From Nemertoderma westbladi (lineage: Eukaryota; Animalia; Xenacoelomorpha), in assembly GCA_032718475.1 (NCBI GenBank), contig JAUCBJ010007620.1, positions 156,714-220,713 of the forward strand: a DNA stretch of 64,000 nucleotides. Reading direction: 5' to 3'. Under the pieces are notes generated by a model. The model saw only the letters and a program-made list of their open reading frames with translations. It ran no database searches and was not told the DNA's origin. A program made the position numbers and the translations under genes. This document shows positions 25,101 through 38,870 of the stretch, one piece after another (the stretch's first letter is position 1; every line of letters starts with the position of its first letter).

Positions 25101-28100
25101 TAAGTGAAATCCATTGTCAGACAACATGCGACTATTGTAAAGATGGAAAAAGTAATTGAAATCCATTTCAGACAACATGCGACTATTGTAAAGATGGAAA
25201 AATTAAGTGAAATCCATTGTCAGACAACATGCGACTATTGCAATAATGGAAAAGGTAAGTGAAATCCATTGTCAGACAACATGCGACTATTGCAATAATG
25301 GAAAAAGTAAGTGAAATCCATTGTCAGACAACATGCGACTATTGTAAAGATGGAAAAAGTAATTGAAATCCATTTCAGACAACATGCGACTATTGTAAAG
25401 ATGGAAAAATTAAGTGAAATCCATTGTCAGACAACATGCGACTATTGCAATAATGGAAAAGGTAAGTGAAATCCATTGTCAGACAACATGCGACTATTGC
25501 AATAATGGAAAAGGTAAGTGAAATCCATTGTCAGACAACATGCGACTATTGTAAAGATGGAAAAAGTAAGTGAAATCCATTTCAGACAACATGCGACTAT
25601 TGTAAAGATGGAAAATTAAGTGAAATCCATTGTCAGACAACATGCGACTATTGCAATAATGGAAAAGGTAAGTGAAATCCATTGTCAGACAACATGCGAC
25701 TATTGCAATAATGGAAAAGGTAAGTGAAATCCATTGTCAGACAACATGCGACTATTGTTAAGATGGAAAAAGTAAGTGAAATCCATTGTCAGACAACATG
25801 CGACTATTGTAAAGATGGAAAAAGTAATTGAAATCCATTTCAGACAACATGCGACTATTGTAAAGATGGAAAAATTAAGTGAAATCCATTGTCAGACAAC
25901 ATGCGACTATTGCAATAATGGAAAAGGTAAGTGAAATCCATTGTCAGACAACATGCGACTATTGTAAAGATGGAAAAAGTTAGTGAAATCCATTGTCAGA
26001 CAACATGCGACTATAGTAAAGATGGAAAAAAGTAAGTGAAATCCATTGTCAGACAACATGCGACTATTGTAAAGATGGAAAAAGTAAGTTAAATCCATTG
26101 TCAGACAACATGCGACTATTGTAAAGATGGAAAAAGTAAGTGAAAACCATTGTCAGACAACATGCGACTATTATAGAGATGGAAAAAGTAAGTGAAATCC
26201 ATTGTCAGACAACATGCGACTATTGTAAAGATGGAAAAAGTAAGTGAAATCCATTGTCAGACAACATGCGACTATTGCAATAATGGAAAAGGTAAGTGAA
26301 ATCCATTGTCAGACAACATGCGACTATTGTAAAGATGGAAAAAGTAAGTGAAATCCATTGTCAGACAACATGCGACTGTTGTAAAGATGGAAAAAGTAAG
26401 TGAAAACCATTGTCAGACAACATGCGACTATTATAGAGATGGAAAAAGTAAGTGAAATCCATTGTCAGACAACATGCGACTATTGTAAAGATTGAAAAAG
26501 TAAGTGAAAACCATTGTCAGACAACATGCGACTATTATAGAGATGGAAAAAGTAAGTGAAATCCATTGTCAGACAACATGCGACTATTGTAAAGATTGAA
26601 AAAGTAAGTGAAATCCATTGTCAGACAACATGCGACTATTGTAAAGATGGAAAAAGTAATTGAAATCCATTTCAGACAACATGCGACTATTGTAAAGATG
26701 GAAAAATTAAGTGAAATCCATTGTCAGACAACATGCGACTATTGCAATAATGGAAAAGGTAAGTGAAATCCATTGTCAGACAACATGCGACTATTGCAAT
26801 AATGGAAAAAGTAAGTGAAATCCATTGTCAGACAACATGCGACTATTGTAAAGATGGAAAAAGTAATTGAAATCCATTTCAGACAACATGCGACTATTGT
26901 AAAGATGGAAAAATTAAGTGAAATCCATTGTCAGACAACATGCGACTATTGCAATAATGGAAAAGGTAAGTGAAATCCATTGTCAGACAACATGCGACTA
27001 TTGCAATAATGGAAAAGGTAAGTGAAATCCATTGTCAGACAACATGCGACTATTGTAAAGATGGAAAAAGTAAGTGAAATCCATTTCAGACAACATGCGA
27101 CTATTGTAAAGATGGAAAATTAAGTGAAATCCATTGTCAGACAACATGCGACTATTGCAATAATGGAAAAGGTAAGTGAAATCCATTGTCAGACAACATG
27201 CGACTATTGCAATAATGGAAAAGGTAAGTGAAATCCATTGTCAGACAACATGCGACTATTATAGAGATGGAAAAAGTAAGTGAAATCCATTGTCAGACAA
27301 CATGCGACTATTGTAAAGATTGAAAAAGTAAGTGAAATCCATTGTCAGACAACATGCGACTATTGTAAAGATGGAAAAAGTAATTGAAATCCATTTCAGA
27401 CACATGCGACTATTGTAAAGATGGAAAAATTAAGTGAAATCCATTGTCAGACAACATGCGACTATTGCAATAATGGAAAAAGTAAGTGAAATCCATTGTC
27501 AGACAACATGCGACTATTGTAAATATGGAAAAAGTAAGTGAAATCCATTGTCAGACAACATGCGACTATTGTAAAGATGGAAAAAGTAAGTGAAATCCAT
27601 TGTCAGACAACATGCGACTATTGTAAAGATGGAAAAAGTAAGTGAAATCCATTGTCAGACAACATGCGACCAATGTAATAATGGAAAAAGTAAGTGAAAT
27701 CCATTGTCAGACAACGTGCGTCTATTGTAAAGATGGAAAAAGTAAGTGAAATCCATTGTCAGACAACATGCGACCAATGTAATAATGGAAAAAGTAAGTG
27801 AAATCCATTGTCAGAGAACATGCGACTATTGTAAAGATGGAAAAAGTAAGTGAAAACCATTGTCAGACAACATGCGACTATTGTAGAGATGGAAAAAGTA
27901 AGTGAAATCCATTGTCAGAGAACATGCGACTATTGTACAGATGGAAAAAGTAAGTGAAATCCATTGTCAGACAACATGCGACTATTGTAAAGATTGAAAA
28001 AGTAAGTGAAATCCATTGTCAGACAACATGCGACTATTGTAAAGATGGAAAAAGTAATTGAAATCCATTTCAGACAACATGCGACTATTGTAAAGATGGA

Positions 28101-28699
28101 AAAATTAAGTGAAATCCATTGTCAGGCAACATGCGACTATTGCAATAATGGAAAAGGTAAGTGAAATCCATTGTCAGACAACATGCGACTATTGCAATAA
28201 TGGAAAAAGTAAGTGAAATCCATTGTCAGACAACATGCGACTATTGTAAAGATGGAAAAAGTAATTGAAATCCATTTCAGACAACATGCGACTATTGTAA
28301 AGATGGAAAAATTAAGTGAAATCCATTGTCAGACAACATGCGACTATTGCAATAATGGAAAAGGTAAGTGAAATCCATTGTCAGACAACATGCGACTATT
28401 GCAATAATGGAAAAGGTAAGTGAAATCCATTGTCAGACAACATGCGACTATTGTAAAGATGGAAAAAGTAAGTGAAATCCATTTCAGACAACATGCGACT
28501 ATTGTAAAGATGGAAAATTAAGTGAAATCCATTGTCAGACAACATGCGACTATTGCAATAATGGAAAAGGTAAGTGAAATCCATTGTCAGACAACATGCG
28601 ACTATTGCAATAATGGAAAAGGTAAGTGAAATCCATTGTCAGACAACATGCGACTATTGTTAAGATGGAAAAAGTAAGTGAAATCCATTGTCAGACAAC

Positions 28700-31600
28700 A
28701 TGCGACTATTGTAAAGATGGAAAAAGTAATTGAAATCCATTTAAGACAACATGCGACTATTGTAAAGATGGAAAAATTAAGTGAAATCCATTGTCAGACA
28801 ACATGCGACTATTGCAATAATGGAAAAGGTAAGTGAAATCCATTGTCAGACAACATGCGACTATTGCAATAATGGAAAAGGTAAGTGAAATCCATTGTCA
28901 GACAACATGCGACTATTGTAAAGATGGAAAAAGTAAGTGAAATCCATTTCAGACAACATGCGACTATTGTAAAGATGGAAAATTAAGTGAAATCCATTGT
29001 CAGACAACATGCGACTATTGCAATAATGGAAAAGGTAAGTGAAATCCATTGTCAGACAACATGCGACTATTGCAATAATGGAAAAGGTAAGTGAAATCCA
29101 TTGTCAGACAACATGCGACTATTATAGAGATGGAAAAAGTAAGTGAAATCCATTGTCAGACAACATGCGACTATTGTAAAGATTGAAAAAGTAAGTGAAA
29201 TCCATTGTCAGACAACATGCGACTATTGTAAAGATGGAAAAAGTAATTGAAATCCATTTCAGACACATGCGACTATTGTAAAGATGGAAAAATTAAGTGA
29301 AATCCATTGTCAGACAACATGCGACTATTGCAATAATGGAAAAAGTAAGTGAAATCCATTGTCAGACAACATGCGACTATTGTAAATATGGAAAAAGTAA
29401 GTGAAATCCATTGTCAGACAACATGCGACTATTGTAAAGATGGAAAAAGTAAGTGAAATCCATTGTCAGACAACATGCGACTATTGTAAAGATGGAAAAA
29501 GTAAGTGAAATCCATTGTCAGACAACATGCGACCAATGTAATAATGGAAAAAGTAAGTGAAATCCATTGTCAGACAACGTGCGTCTATTGTAAAGATGGA
29601 AAAAGTAAGTGAAATCCATTGTCAGACAACATGCGACCAATGTAATAATGGAAAAAGTAAGTGAAATCCATTGTCAGAGAACATGCGACTATTGTAAAGA
29701 TGGAAAAAGTAAGTGAAAACCATTGTCAGACAACATGCGACTATTGTAGAGATGGAAAAAGTAAGTGAAATCCATTGTCAGAGAACATGCGACTATTGTA
29801 CAGATGGAAAAAGTAAGTGAAATCCATTGTCAGACAACATGCGACTATTGTAAAGATTGAAAAAGTAAGTGAAATCCATTGTCAGACAACATGCGACTAT
29901 TGTAAAGATGGAAAAAGTAATTGAAATCCATTTCAGACAACATGCGACTATTGTAAAGATGGAAAAATTAAGTGAAATCCATTGTCAGACAACATGCGAC
30001 TATTGCAATAATGGAAAAGGTAAGTGAAATCCATTGTCAGACAACATGCGACTATTGCAATAATGGAAAAAGTAAGTGAAATCCATTGTCAGACAACATG
30101 CGACTATTGTAAAGATGGAAAAAGTAATTGAAATCCATTTCAGACAACATGCGACTATTGTAAAGATGGAAAAATTAAGTGAAATCCATTGTCAGACAAC
30201 ATGCGACTATTGCAATAATGGAAAAGGTAAGTGAAATCCATTGTCAGACAACATGCGACTATTGCAATAATGGAAAAGGTAAGTGAAATCCATTGTCAGA
30301 CAACATGCGACTATTGTAAAGATGGAAAAAGTAAGTGAAATCCATTTCAGACAACATGCGACTATTGTAAAGATGGAAAATTAAGTGAAATCCATTGTCA
30401 GACAACATGCGACTATTGCAATAATGGAAAAGGTAAGTGAAATCCATTGTCAGACAACATGCGACTATTGCAATAATGGAAAAGGTAAGTGAAATCCATT
30501 GTCAGACAACATGCGACTATTATAGAGATGGAAAAAGTAAGTGAAATCCATTGTCAGACAACATGCGACTATTGTAAAGATTGAAAAAGTAAGTGAAATC
30601 CATTGTCAGACAACATGCGACTATTGTAAAGATGGAAAAAGTAATTGAAATCCATTTCAGACACATGCGACTATTGTAAAGATGGAAAAATTAAGTGAAA
30701 TCCATTGTCAGACAACATGCGACTATTGCAATAATGGAAAAAGTAAGTGAAATCCATTGTCAGACAACATGCGACTATTGTAAATATGGAAAAAGTAAGT
30801 GAAATCCATTGTCAGACAACATGCGACTATTGTAAAGATGGAAAAAGTAAGTGAAATCCATTGTCAGACAACATGCGACTATTGTAAAGATGGAAAAAGT
30901 AAGTGAAATCCATTGTCAGACAACATGCGACCAATGTAATAATGGAAAAAGTAAGTGAAATCCATTGTCAGACAACGTGCGTCTATTGTAAAGATGGAAA
31001 AAGTAAGTGAAATCCATTGTCAGACAACATGCGACCAATGTAATAATGGAAAAAGTAAGTGAAATCCATTGTCAGAGAACATGCGACTATTGTAAAGATG
31101 GAAAAAGTAAGTGAAAACCATTGTCAGACAACATGCGACTATTGTAGAGATGGAAAAAGTAAGTGAAATCCATTGTCAGAGAACATGCGACTATTGTACA
31201 GATGGAAAAAGTAAGTGAAATCCATTGTCAGACAACATGCGACTATTGTAAAGATTGAAAAAGTAAGTGAAATCCATTGTCAGACAACATGCGACTATTG
31301 TAAAGATGGAAAAAGTAATTGAAATCCATTTCAGACAACATGCGACTATTGTAAAGATGGAAAAATTAAGTGAAATCCATTGTCAGACAACATGCGACTA
31401 TTGCAATAATGGAAAAGGTAAGTGAAATCCATTGTCAGACAACATGCGACTATTGCAATAATGGAAAAAGTAAGTGAAATCCATTGTCAGACAACATGCG
31501 ACTATTGTAAAGATGGAAAAAGTAATTGAAATCCATTTCAGACAACATGCGACTATTGTAAAGATGGAAAAATTAAGTGAAATCCATTGTCAGACAACAT

Positions 31601-34600
31601 GCGACTATTGCAATAATGGAAAAGGTAAGTGAAATCCATTGTCAGACAACATGCGACTATTGCAATAATGGAAAAGGTAAGTGAAATCCATTGTCAGACA
31701 ACATGCGACTATTGTAAAGATGGAAAAAGTAAGTGAAATCCATTTCAGACAACATGCGACTATTGTAAAGATGGAAAATTAAGTGAAATCCATTGTCAGA
31801 CAACATGCGACTATTGCAATAATGGAAAAGGTAAGTGAAATCCATTGTCAGACAACATGCGACTATTGCAATAATGGAAAAGGTAAGTGAAATCCATTGT
31901 CAGACAACATGCGACTATTATAGAGATGGAAAAAGTAAGTGAAATCCATTGTCAGACAACATGCGACTATTGTAAAGATTGAAAAAGTAAGTGAAATCCA
32001 TTGTCAGACAACATGCGACTATTGTAAAGATGGAAAAAGTAATTGAAATCCATTTCAGACACATGCGACTATTGTAAAGATGGAAAAATTAAGTGAAATC
32101 CATTGTCAGACAACATGCGACTATTGCAATAATGGAAAAAGTAAGTGAAATCCATTGTCAGACAACATGCGACTATTGTAAATATGGAAAAAGTAAGTGA
32201 AATCCATTGTCAGACAACATGCGACTATTGTAAAGATGGAAAAAGTAAGTGAAATCCATTGTCAGACAACATGCGACTATTGTAAAGATGGAAAAAGTAA
32301 GTGAAATCCATTGTCAGACAACATGCGACCAATGTAATAATGGAAAAAGTAAGTGAAATCCATTGTCAGACAACGTGCGTCTATTGTAAAGATGGAAAAA
32401 GTAAGTGAAATCCATTGTCAGACAACATGCGACCAATGTAATAATGGAAAAAGTAAGTGAAATCCATTGTCAGAGAACATGCGACTATTGTAAAGATGGA
32501 AAAAGTAAGTGAAAACCATTGTCAGACAACATGCGACTATTGTAGAGATGGAAAAAGTAAGTGAAATCCATTGTCAGAGAACATGCGACTATTGTACAGA
32601 TGGAAAAAGTAAGTGAAATCCATTGTCAGACAACATGCGACTATTGTAAAGATTGAAAAAGTAAGTGAAATCCATTGTCAGACAACATGCGACTATTGTA
32701 AAGATGGAAAAAGTAATTGAAATCCATTTCAGACAACATGCGACTATTGTAAAGATGGAAAAATTAAGTGAAATCCATTGTCAGACAACATGCGACTATT
32801 GCAATAATGGAAAAGGTAAGTGAAATCCATTGTCAGACAACATGCGACTATTGCAATAATGGAAAAAGTAAGTGAAATCCATTGTCAGACAACATGCGAC
32901 TATTGTAAAGATGGAAAAAGTAATTGAAATCCATTTCAGACAACATGCGACTATTGTAAAGATGGAAAAATTAAGTGAAATCCATTGTCAGACAACATGC
33001 GACTATTGCAATAATGGAAAAGGTAAGTGAAATCCATTGTCAGACAACATGCGACTATTGCAATAATGGAAAAGGTAAGTGAAATCCATTGTCAGACAAC
33101 ATGCGACTATTGTAAAGATGGAAAAAGTAAGTGAAATCCATTTCAGACAACATGCGACTATTGTAAAGATGGAAAATTAAGTGAAATCCATTGTCAGACA
33201 ACATGCGACTATTGCAATAATGGAAAAGGTAAGTGAAATCCATTGTCAGACAACATGCGACTATTGCAATAATGGAAAAGGTAAGTGAAATCCATTGTCA
33301 GACAACATGCGACTATTATAGAGATGGAAAAAGTAAGTGAAATCCATTGTCAGACAACATGCGACTATTGTAAAGATTGAAAAAGTAAGTGAAATCCATT
33401 GTCAGACAACATGCGACTATTGTAAAGATGGAAAAAGTAATTGAAATCCATTTCAGACACATGCGACTATTGTAAAGATGGAAAAATTAAGTGAAATCCA
33501 TTGTCAGACAACATGCGACTATTGCAATAATGGAAAAAGTAAGTGAAATCCATTGTCAGACAACATGCGACTATTGTAAATATGGAAAAAGTAAGTGAAA
33601 TCCATTGTCAGACAACATGCGACTATTGTAAAGATGGAAAAAGTAAGTGAAATCCATTGTCAGACAACATGCGACTATTGTAAAGATGGAAAAAGTAAGT
33701 GAAATCCATTGTCAGACAACATGCGACCAATGTAATAATGGAAAAAGTAAGTGAAATCCATTGTCAGACAACGTGCGTCTATTGTAAAGATGGAAAAAGT
33801 AAGTGAAATCCATTGTCAGACAACATGCGACCAATGTAATAATGGAAAAAGTAAGTGAAATCCATTGTCAGAGAACATGCGACTATTGTAAAGATGGAAA
33901 AAGTAAGTGAAAACCATTGTCAGACAACATGCGACTATTGTAGAGATGGAAAAAGTAAGTGAAATCCATTGTCAGAGAACATGCGACTATTGTACAGATG
34001 GAAAAAGTAAGTGAAATCCATTGTCAGACAACATGCGACTATTGTAAAGATTGAAAAAGTAAGTGAAATCCATTGTCAGACAACATGCGACTATTGTAAA
34101 GATGGAAAAAGTAATTGAAATCCATTTCAGACAACATGCGACTATTGTAAAGATGGAAAAATTAAGTGAAATCCATTGTCAGACAACATGCGACTATTGC
34201 AATAATGGAAAAGGTAAGTGAAATCCATTGTCAGACAACATGCGACTATTGCAATAATGGAAAAAGTAAGTGAAATCCATTGTCAGACAACATGCGACTA
34301 TTGTAAAGATGGAAAAAGTAATTGAAATCCATTTCAGACAACATGCGACTATTGTAAAGATGGAAAAATTAAGTGAAATCCATTGTCAGACAACATGCGA
34401 CTATTGCAATAATGGAAAAGGTAAGTGAAATCCATTGTCAGACAACATGCGACTATTGCAATAATGGAAAAGGTAAGTGAAATCCATTGTCAGACAACAT
34501 GCGACTATTGTAAAGATGGAAAAAGTAAGTGAAATCCATTTCAGACAACATGCGACTATTGTAAAGATGGAAAATTAAGTGAAATCCATTGTCAGACAAC

Positions 34601-37600
34601 ATGCGACTATTGCAATAATGGAAAAGGTAAGTGAAATCCATTGTCAGACAACATGCGACTATTGCAATAATGGAAAAGGTAAGTGAAATCCATTGTCAGA
34701 CAACATGCGACTATTATAGAGATGGAAAAAGTAAGTGAAATCCATTGTCAGACAACATGCGACTATTGTAAAGATTGAAAAAGTAAGTGAAATCCATTGT
34801 CAGACAACATGCGACTATTGTAAAGATGGAAAAAGTAATTGAAATCCATTTCAGACACATGCGACTATTGTAAAGATGGAAAAATTAAGTGAAATCCATT
34901 GTCAGACAACATGCGACTATTGCAATAATGGAAAAAGTAAGTGAAATCCATTGTCAGACAACATGCGACTATTGTAAATATGGAAAAAGTAAGTGAAATC
35001 CATTGTCAGACAACATGCGACTATTGTAAAGATGGAAAAAGTAAGTGAAATCCATTGTCAGACAACATGCGACTATTGTAAAGATGGAAAAAGTAAGTGA
35101 AATCCATTGTCAGACAACATGCGACCAATGTAATAATGGAAAAAGTAAGTGAAATCCATTGTCAGACAACGTGCGTCTATTGTAAAGATGGAAAAAGTAA
35201 GTGAAATCCATTGTCAGACAACATGCGACCAATGTAATAATGGAAAAAGTAAGTGAAATCCATTGTCAGAGAACATGCGACTATTGTAAAGATGGAAAAA
35301 GTAAGTGAAAACCATTGTCAGACAACATGCGACTATTGTAGAGATGGAAAAAGTAAGTGAAATCCATTGTCAGAGAACATGCGACTATTGTACAGATGGA
35401 AAAAGTAAGTGAAATCCATTGTCAGACAACATGCGACTATTGTAAAGATTGAAAAAGTAAGTGAAATCCATTGTCAGACAACATGCGACTATTGTAAAGA
35501 TGGAAAAAGTAATTGAAATCCATTTCAGACAACATGCGACTATTGTAAAGATGGAAAAATTAAGTGAAATCCATTGTCAGACAACATGCGACTATTGCAA
35601 TAATGGAAAAGGTAAGTGAAATCCATTGTCAGACAACATGCGACTATTGCAATAATGGAAAAAGTAAGTGAAATCCATTGTCAGACAACATGCGACTATT
35701 GTAAAGATGGAAAAAGTAATTGAAATCCATTTCAGACAACATGCGACTATTGTAAAGATGGAAAAATTAAGTGAAATCCATTGTCAGACAACATGCGACT
35801 ATTGCAATAATGGAAAAGGTAAGTGAAATCCATTGTCAGACAACATGCGACTATTGCAATAATGGAAAAGGTAAGTGAAATCCATTGTCAGACAACATGC
35901 GACTATTGTAAAGATGGAAAAAGTAAGTGAAATCCATTTCAGACAACATGCGACTATTGTAAAGATGGAAAATTAAGTGAAATCCATTGTCAGACAACAT
36001 GCGACTATTGCAATAATGGAAAAGGTAAGTGAAATCCATTGTCAGACAACATGCGACTATTGCAATAATGGAAAAGGTAAGTGAAATCCATTGTCAGACA
36101 ACATGCGACTATTATAGAGATGGAAAAAGTAAGTGAAATCCATTGTCAGACAACATGCGACTATTGTAAAGATTGAAAAAGTAAGTGAAATCCATTGTCA
36201 GACAACATGCGACTATTGTAAAGATGGAAAAAGTAATTGAAATCCATTTCAGACACATGCGACTATTGTAAAGATGGAAAAATTAAGTGAAATCCATTGT
36301 CAGACAACATGCGACTATTGCAATAATGGAAAAAGTAAGTGAAATCCATTGTCAGACAACATGCGACTATTGTAAATATGGAAAAAGTAAGTGAAATCCA
36401 TTGTCAGACAACATGCGACTATTGTAAAGATGGAAAAAGTAAGTGAAATCCATTGTCAGACAACATGCGACTATTGTAAAGATGGAAAAAGTAAGTGAAA
36501 TCCATTGTCAGACAACATGCGACCAATGTAATAATGGAAAAAGTAAGTGAAATCCATTGTCAGACAACGTGCGTCTATTGTAAAGATGGAAAAAGTAAGT
36601 GAAATCCATTGTCAGACAACATGCGACCAATGTAATAATGGAAAAAGTAAGTGAAATCCATTGTCAGAGAACATGCGACTATTGTAAAGATGGAAAAAGT
36701 AAGTGAAAACCATTGTCAGACAACATGCGACTATTGTAGAGATGGAAAAAGTAAGTGAAATCCATTGTCAGAGAACATGCGACTATTGTACAGATGGAAA
36801 AAGTAAGTGAAATCCATTGTCAGACAACATGCGACTATTGTAAAGATTGAAAAAGTAAGTGAAATCCATTGTCAGACAACATGCGACTATTGTAAAGATG
36901 GAAAAAGTAATTGAAATCCATTTCAGACAACATGCGACTATTGTAAAGATGGAAAAATTAAGTGAAATCCATTGTCAGACAACATGCGACTATTGCAATA
37001 ATGGAAAAGGTAAGTGAAATCCATTGTCAGACAACATGCGACTATTGCAATAATGGAAAAAGTAAGTGAAATCCATTGTCAGACAACATGCGACTATTGT
37101 AAAGATGGAAAAAGTAATTGAAATCCATTTCAGACAACATGCGACTATTGTAAAGATGGAAAAATTAAGTGAAATCCATTGTCAGACAACATGCGACTAT
37201 TGCAATAATGGAAAAGGTAAGTGAAATCCATTGTCAGACAACATGCGACTATTGCAATAATGGAAAAGGTAAGTGAAATCCATTGTCAGACAACATGCGA
37301 CTATTGTAAAGATGGAAAAAGTAAGTGAAATCCATTTCAGACAACATGCGACTATTGTAAAGATGGAAAATTAAGTGAAATCCATTGTCAGACAACATGC
37401 GACTATTGCAATAATGGAAAAGGTAAGTGAAATCCATTGTCAGACAACATGCGACTATTGCAATAATGGAAAAAGTAAGTGAAATCCATTGTCAGACAAC
37501 ATGCGACTATTGTAAAGATGGAAAAAGTAATTGAAATCCATTTCAGACAACATGCGACTATTGTAAAGATGGAAAAATTAAGTGAAATCCATTGTCAGAC

Positions 37601-38870
37601 AACATGCGACTATTGCAATAATGGAAAAGGTAAGTGAAATCCATTGTCAGACAACATGCGACTATTGCAATAATGGAAAAGGTAAGTGAAATCCATTGTC
37701 AGACAACATGCGACTATTGTAAAGATGGAAAAAGTAAGTGAAATCCATTTCAGACAACATGCGACTATTGTAAAGATGGAAAATTAAGTGAAATCCATTG
37801 TCAGACAACATGCGACTATTGCAATAATGGAAAAGGTAAGTGAAATCCATTGTCAGACAACATGCGACTATTGCAATAATGGAAAAGGTAAGTGAAATCC
37901 ATTGTCAGACAACATGCGACTATTATAGAGATGGAAAAAGTAAGTGAAATCCATTGTCAGACAACATGCGACTATTGTAAAGATTGAAAAAGTAAGTGAA
38001 ATCCATTGTCAGACAACATGCGACTATTGTAAAGATGGAAAAAGTAATTGAAATCCATTTCAGACACATGCGACTATTGTAAAGATGGAAAAATTAAGTG
38101 AAATCCATTGTCAGACAACATGCGACTATTGCAATAATGGAAAAAGTAAGTGAAATCCATTGTCAGACAACATGCGACTATTGTAAATATGGAAAAAGTA
38201 AGTGAAATCCATTGTCAGACAACATGCGACTATTGTAAAGATGGAAAAAGTAAGTGAAATCCATTGTCAGACAACATGCGACTATTGTAAAGATGGAAAA
38301 AGTAAGTGAAATCCATTGTCAGACAACATGCGACCAATGTAATAATGGAAAAAGTAAGTGAAATCCATTGTCAGACAACGTGCGTCTATTGTAAAGATGG
38401 AAAAAGTAAGTGAAATCCATTGTCAGACAACATGCGACCAATGTAATAATGGAAAAAGTAAGTGAAATCCATTGTCAGAGAACATGCGACTATTGTAAAG
38501 ATGGAAAAAGTAAGTGAAAACCATTGTCAGACAACATGCGACTATTGTAGAGATGGAAAAAGTAAGTGAAATCCATTGTCAGAGAACATGCGACTATTGT
38601 ACAGATGGAAAAAGTAAGTGAAATCCATTGTCAGACAACATGCGACTATTGTAAAGATTGAAAAAGTAAGTGAAATCCATTGTCAGACAACATGCGACTA
38701 TTGTAAAGATGGAAAAAGTAATTGAAATCCATTTCAGACAACATGCGACTATTGTAAAGATGGAAAAATTAAGTGAAATCCATTGTCAGACAACATGCGA
38801 CTATTGCAATAATGGAAAAGGTAAGTGAAATCCATTGTCAGACAACATGCGACTATTGCAATAATGGAAA
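28700..38870 (+). repeat. Higher-order repeat, 1,398-bp unit (27 monomers minus 6 nt), about 7 near-identical copies
   Basis: Identical marker ORF at 28861, 30259, 31657, 33055, 34453, 35851 and 37249 (exact 1398 spacing), also 24096/25494 and 26998/28396. Six single-base deletions per unit account for 1404-1398. Confidence 0.95.
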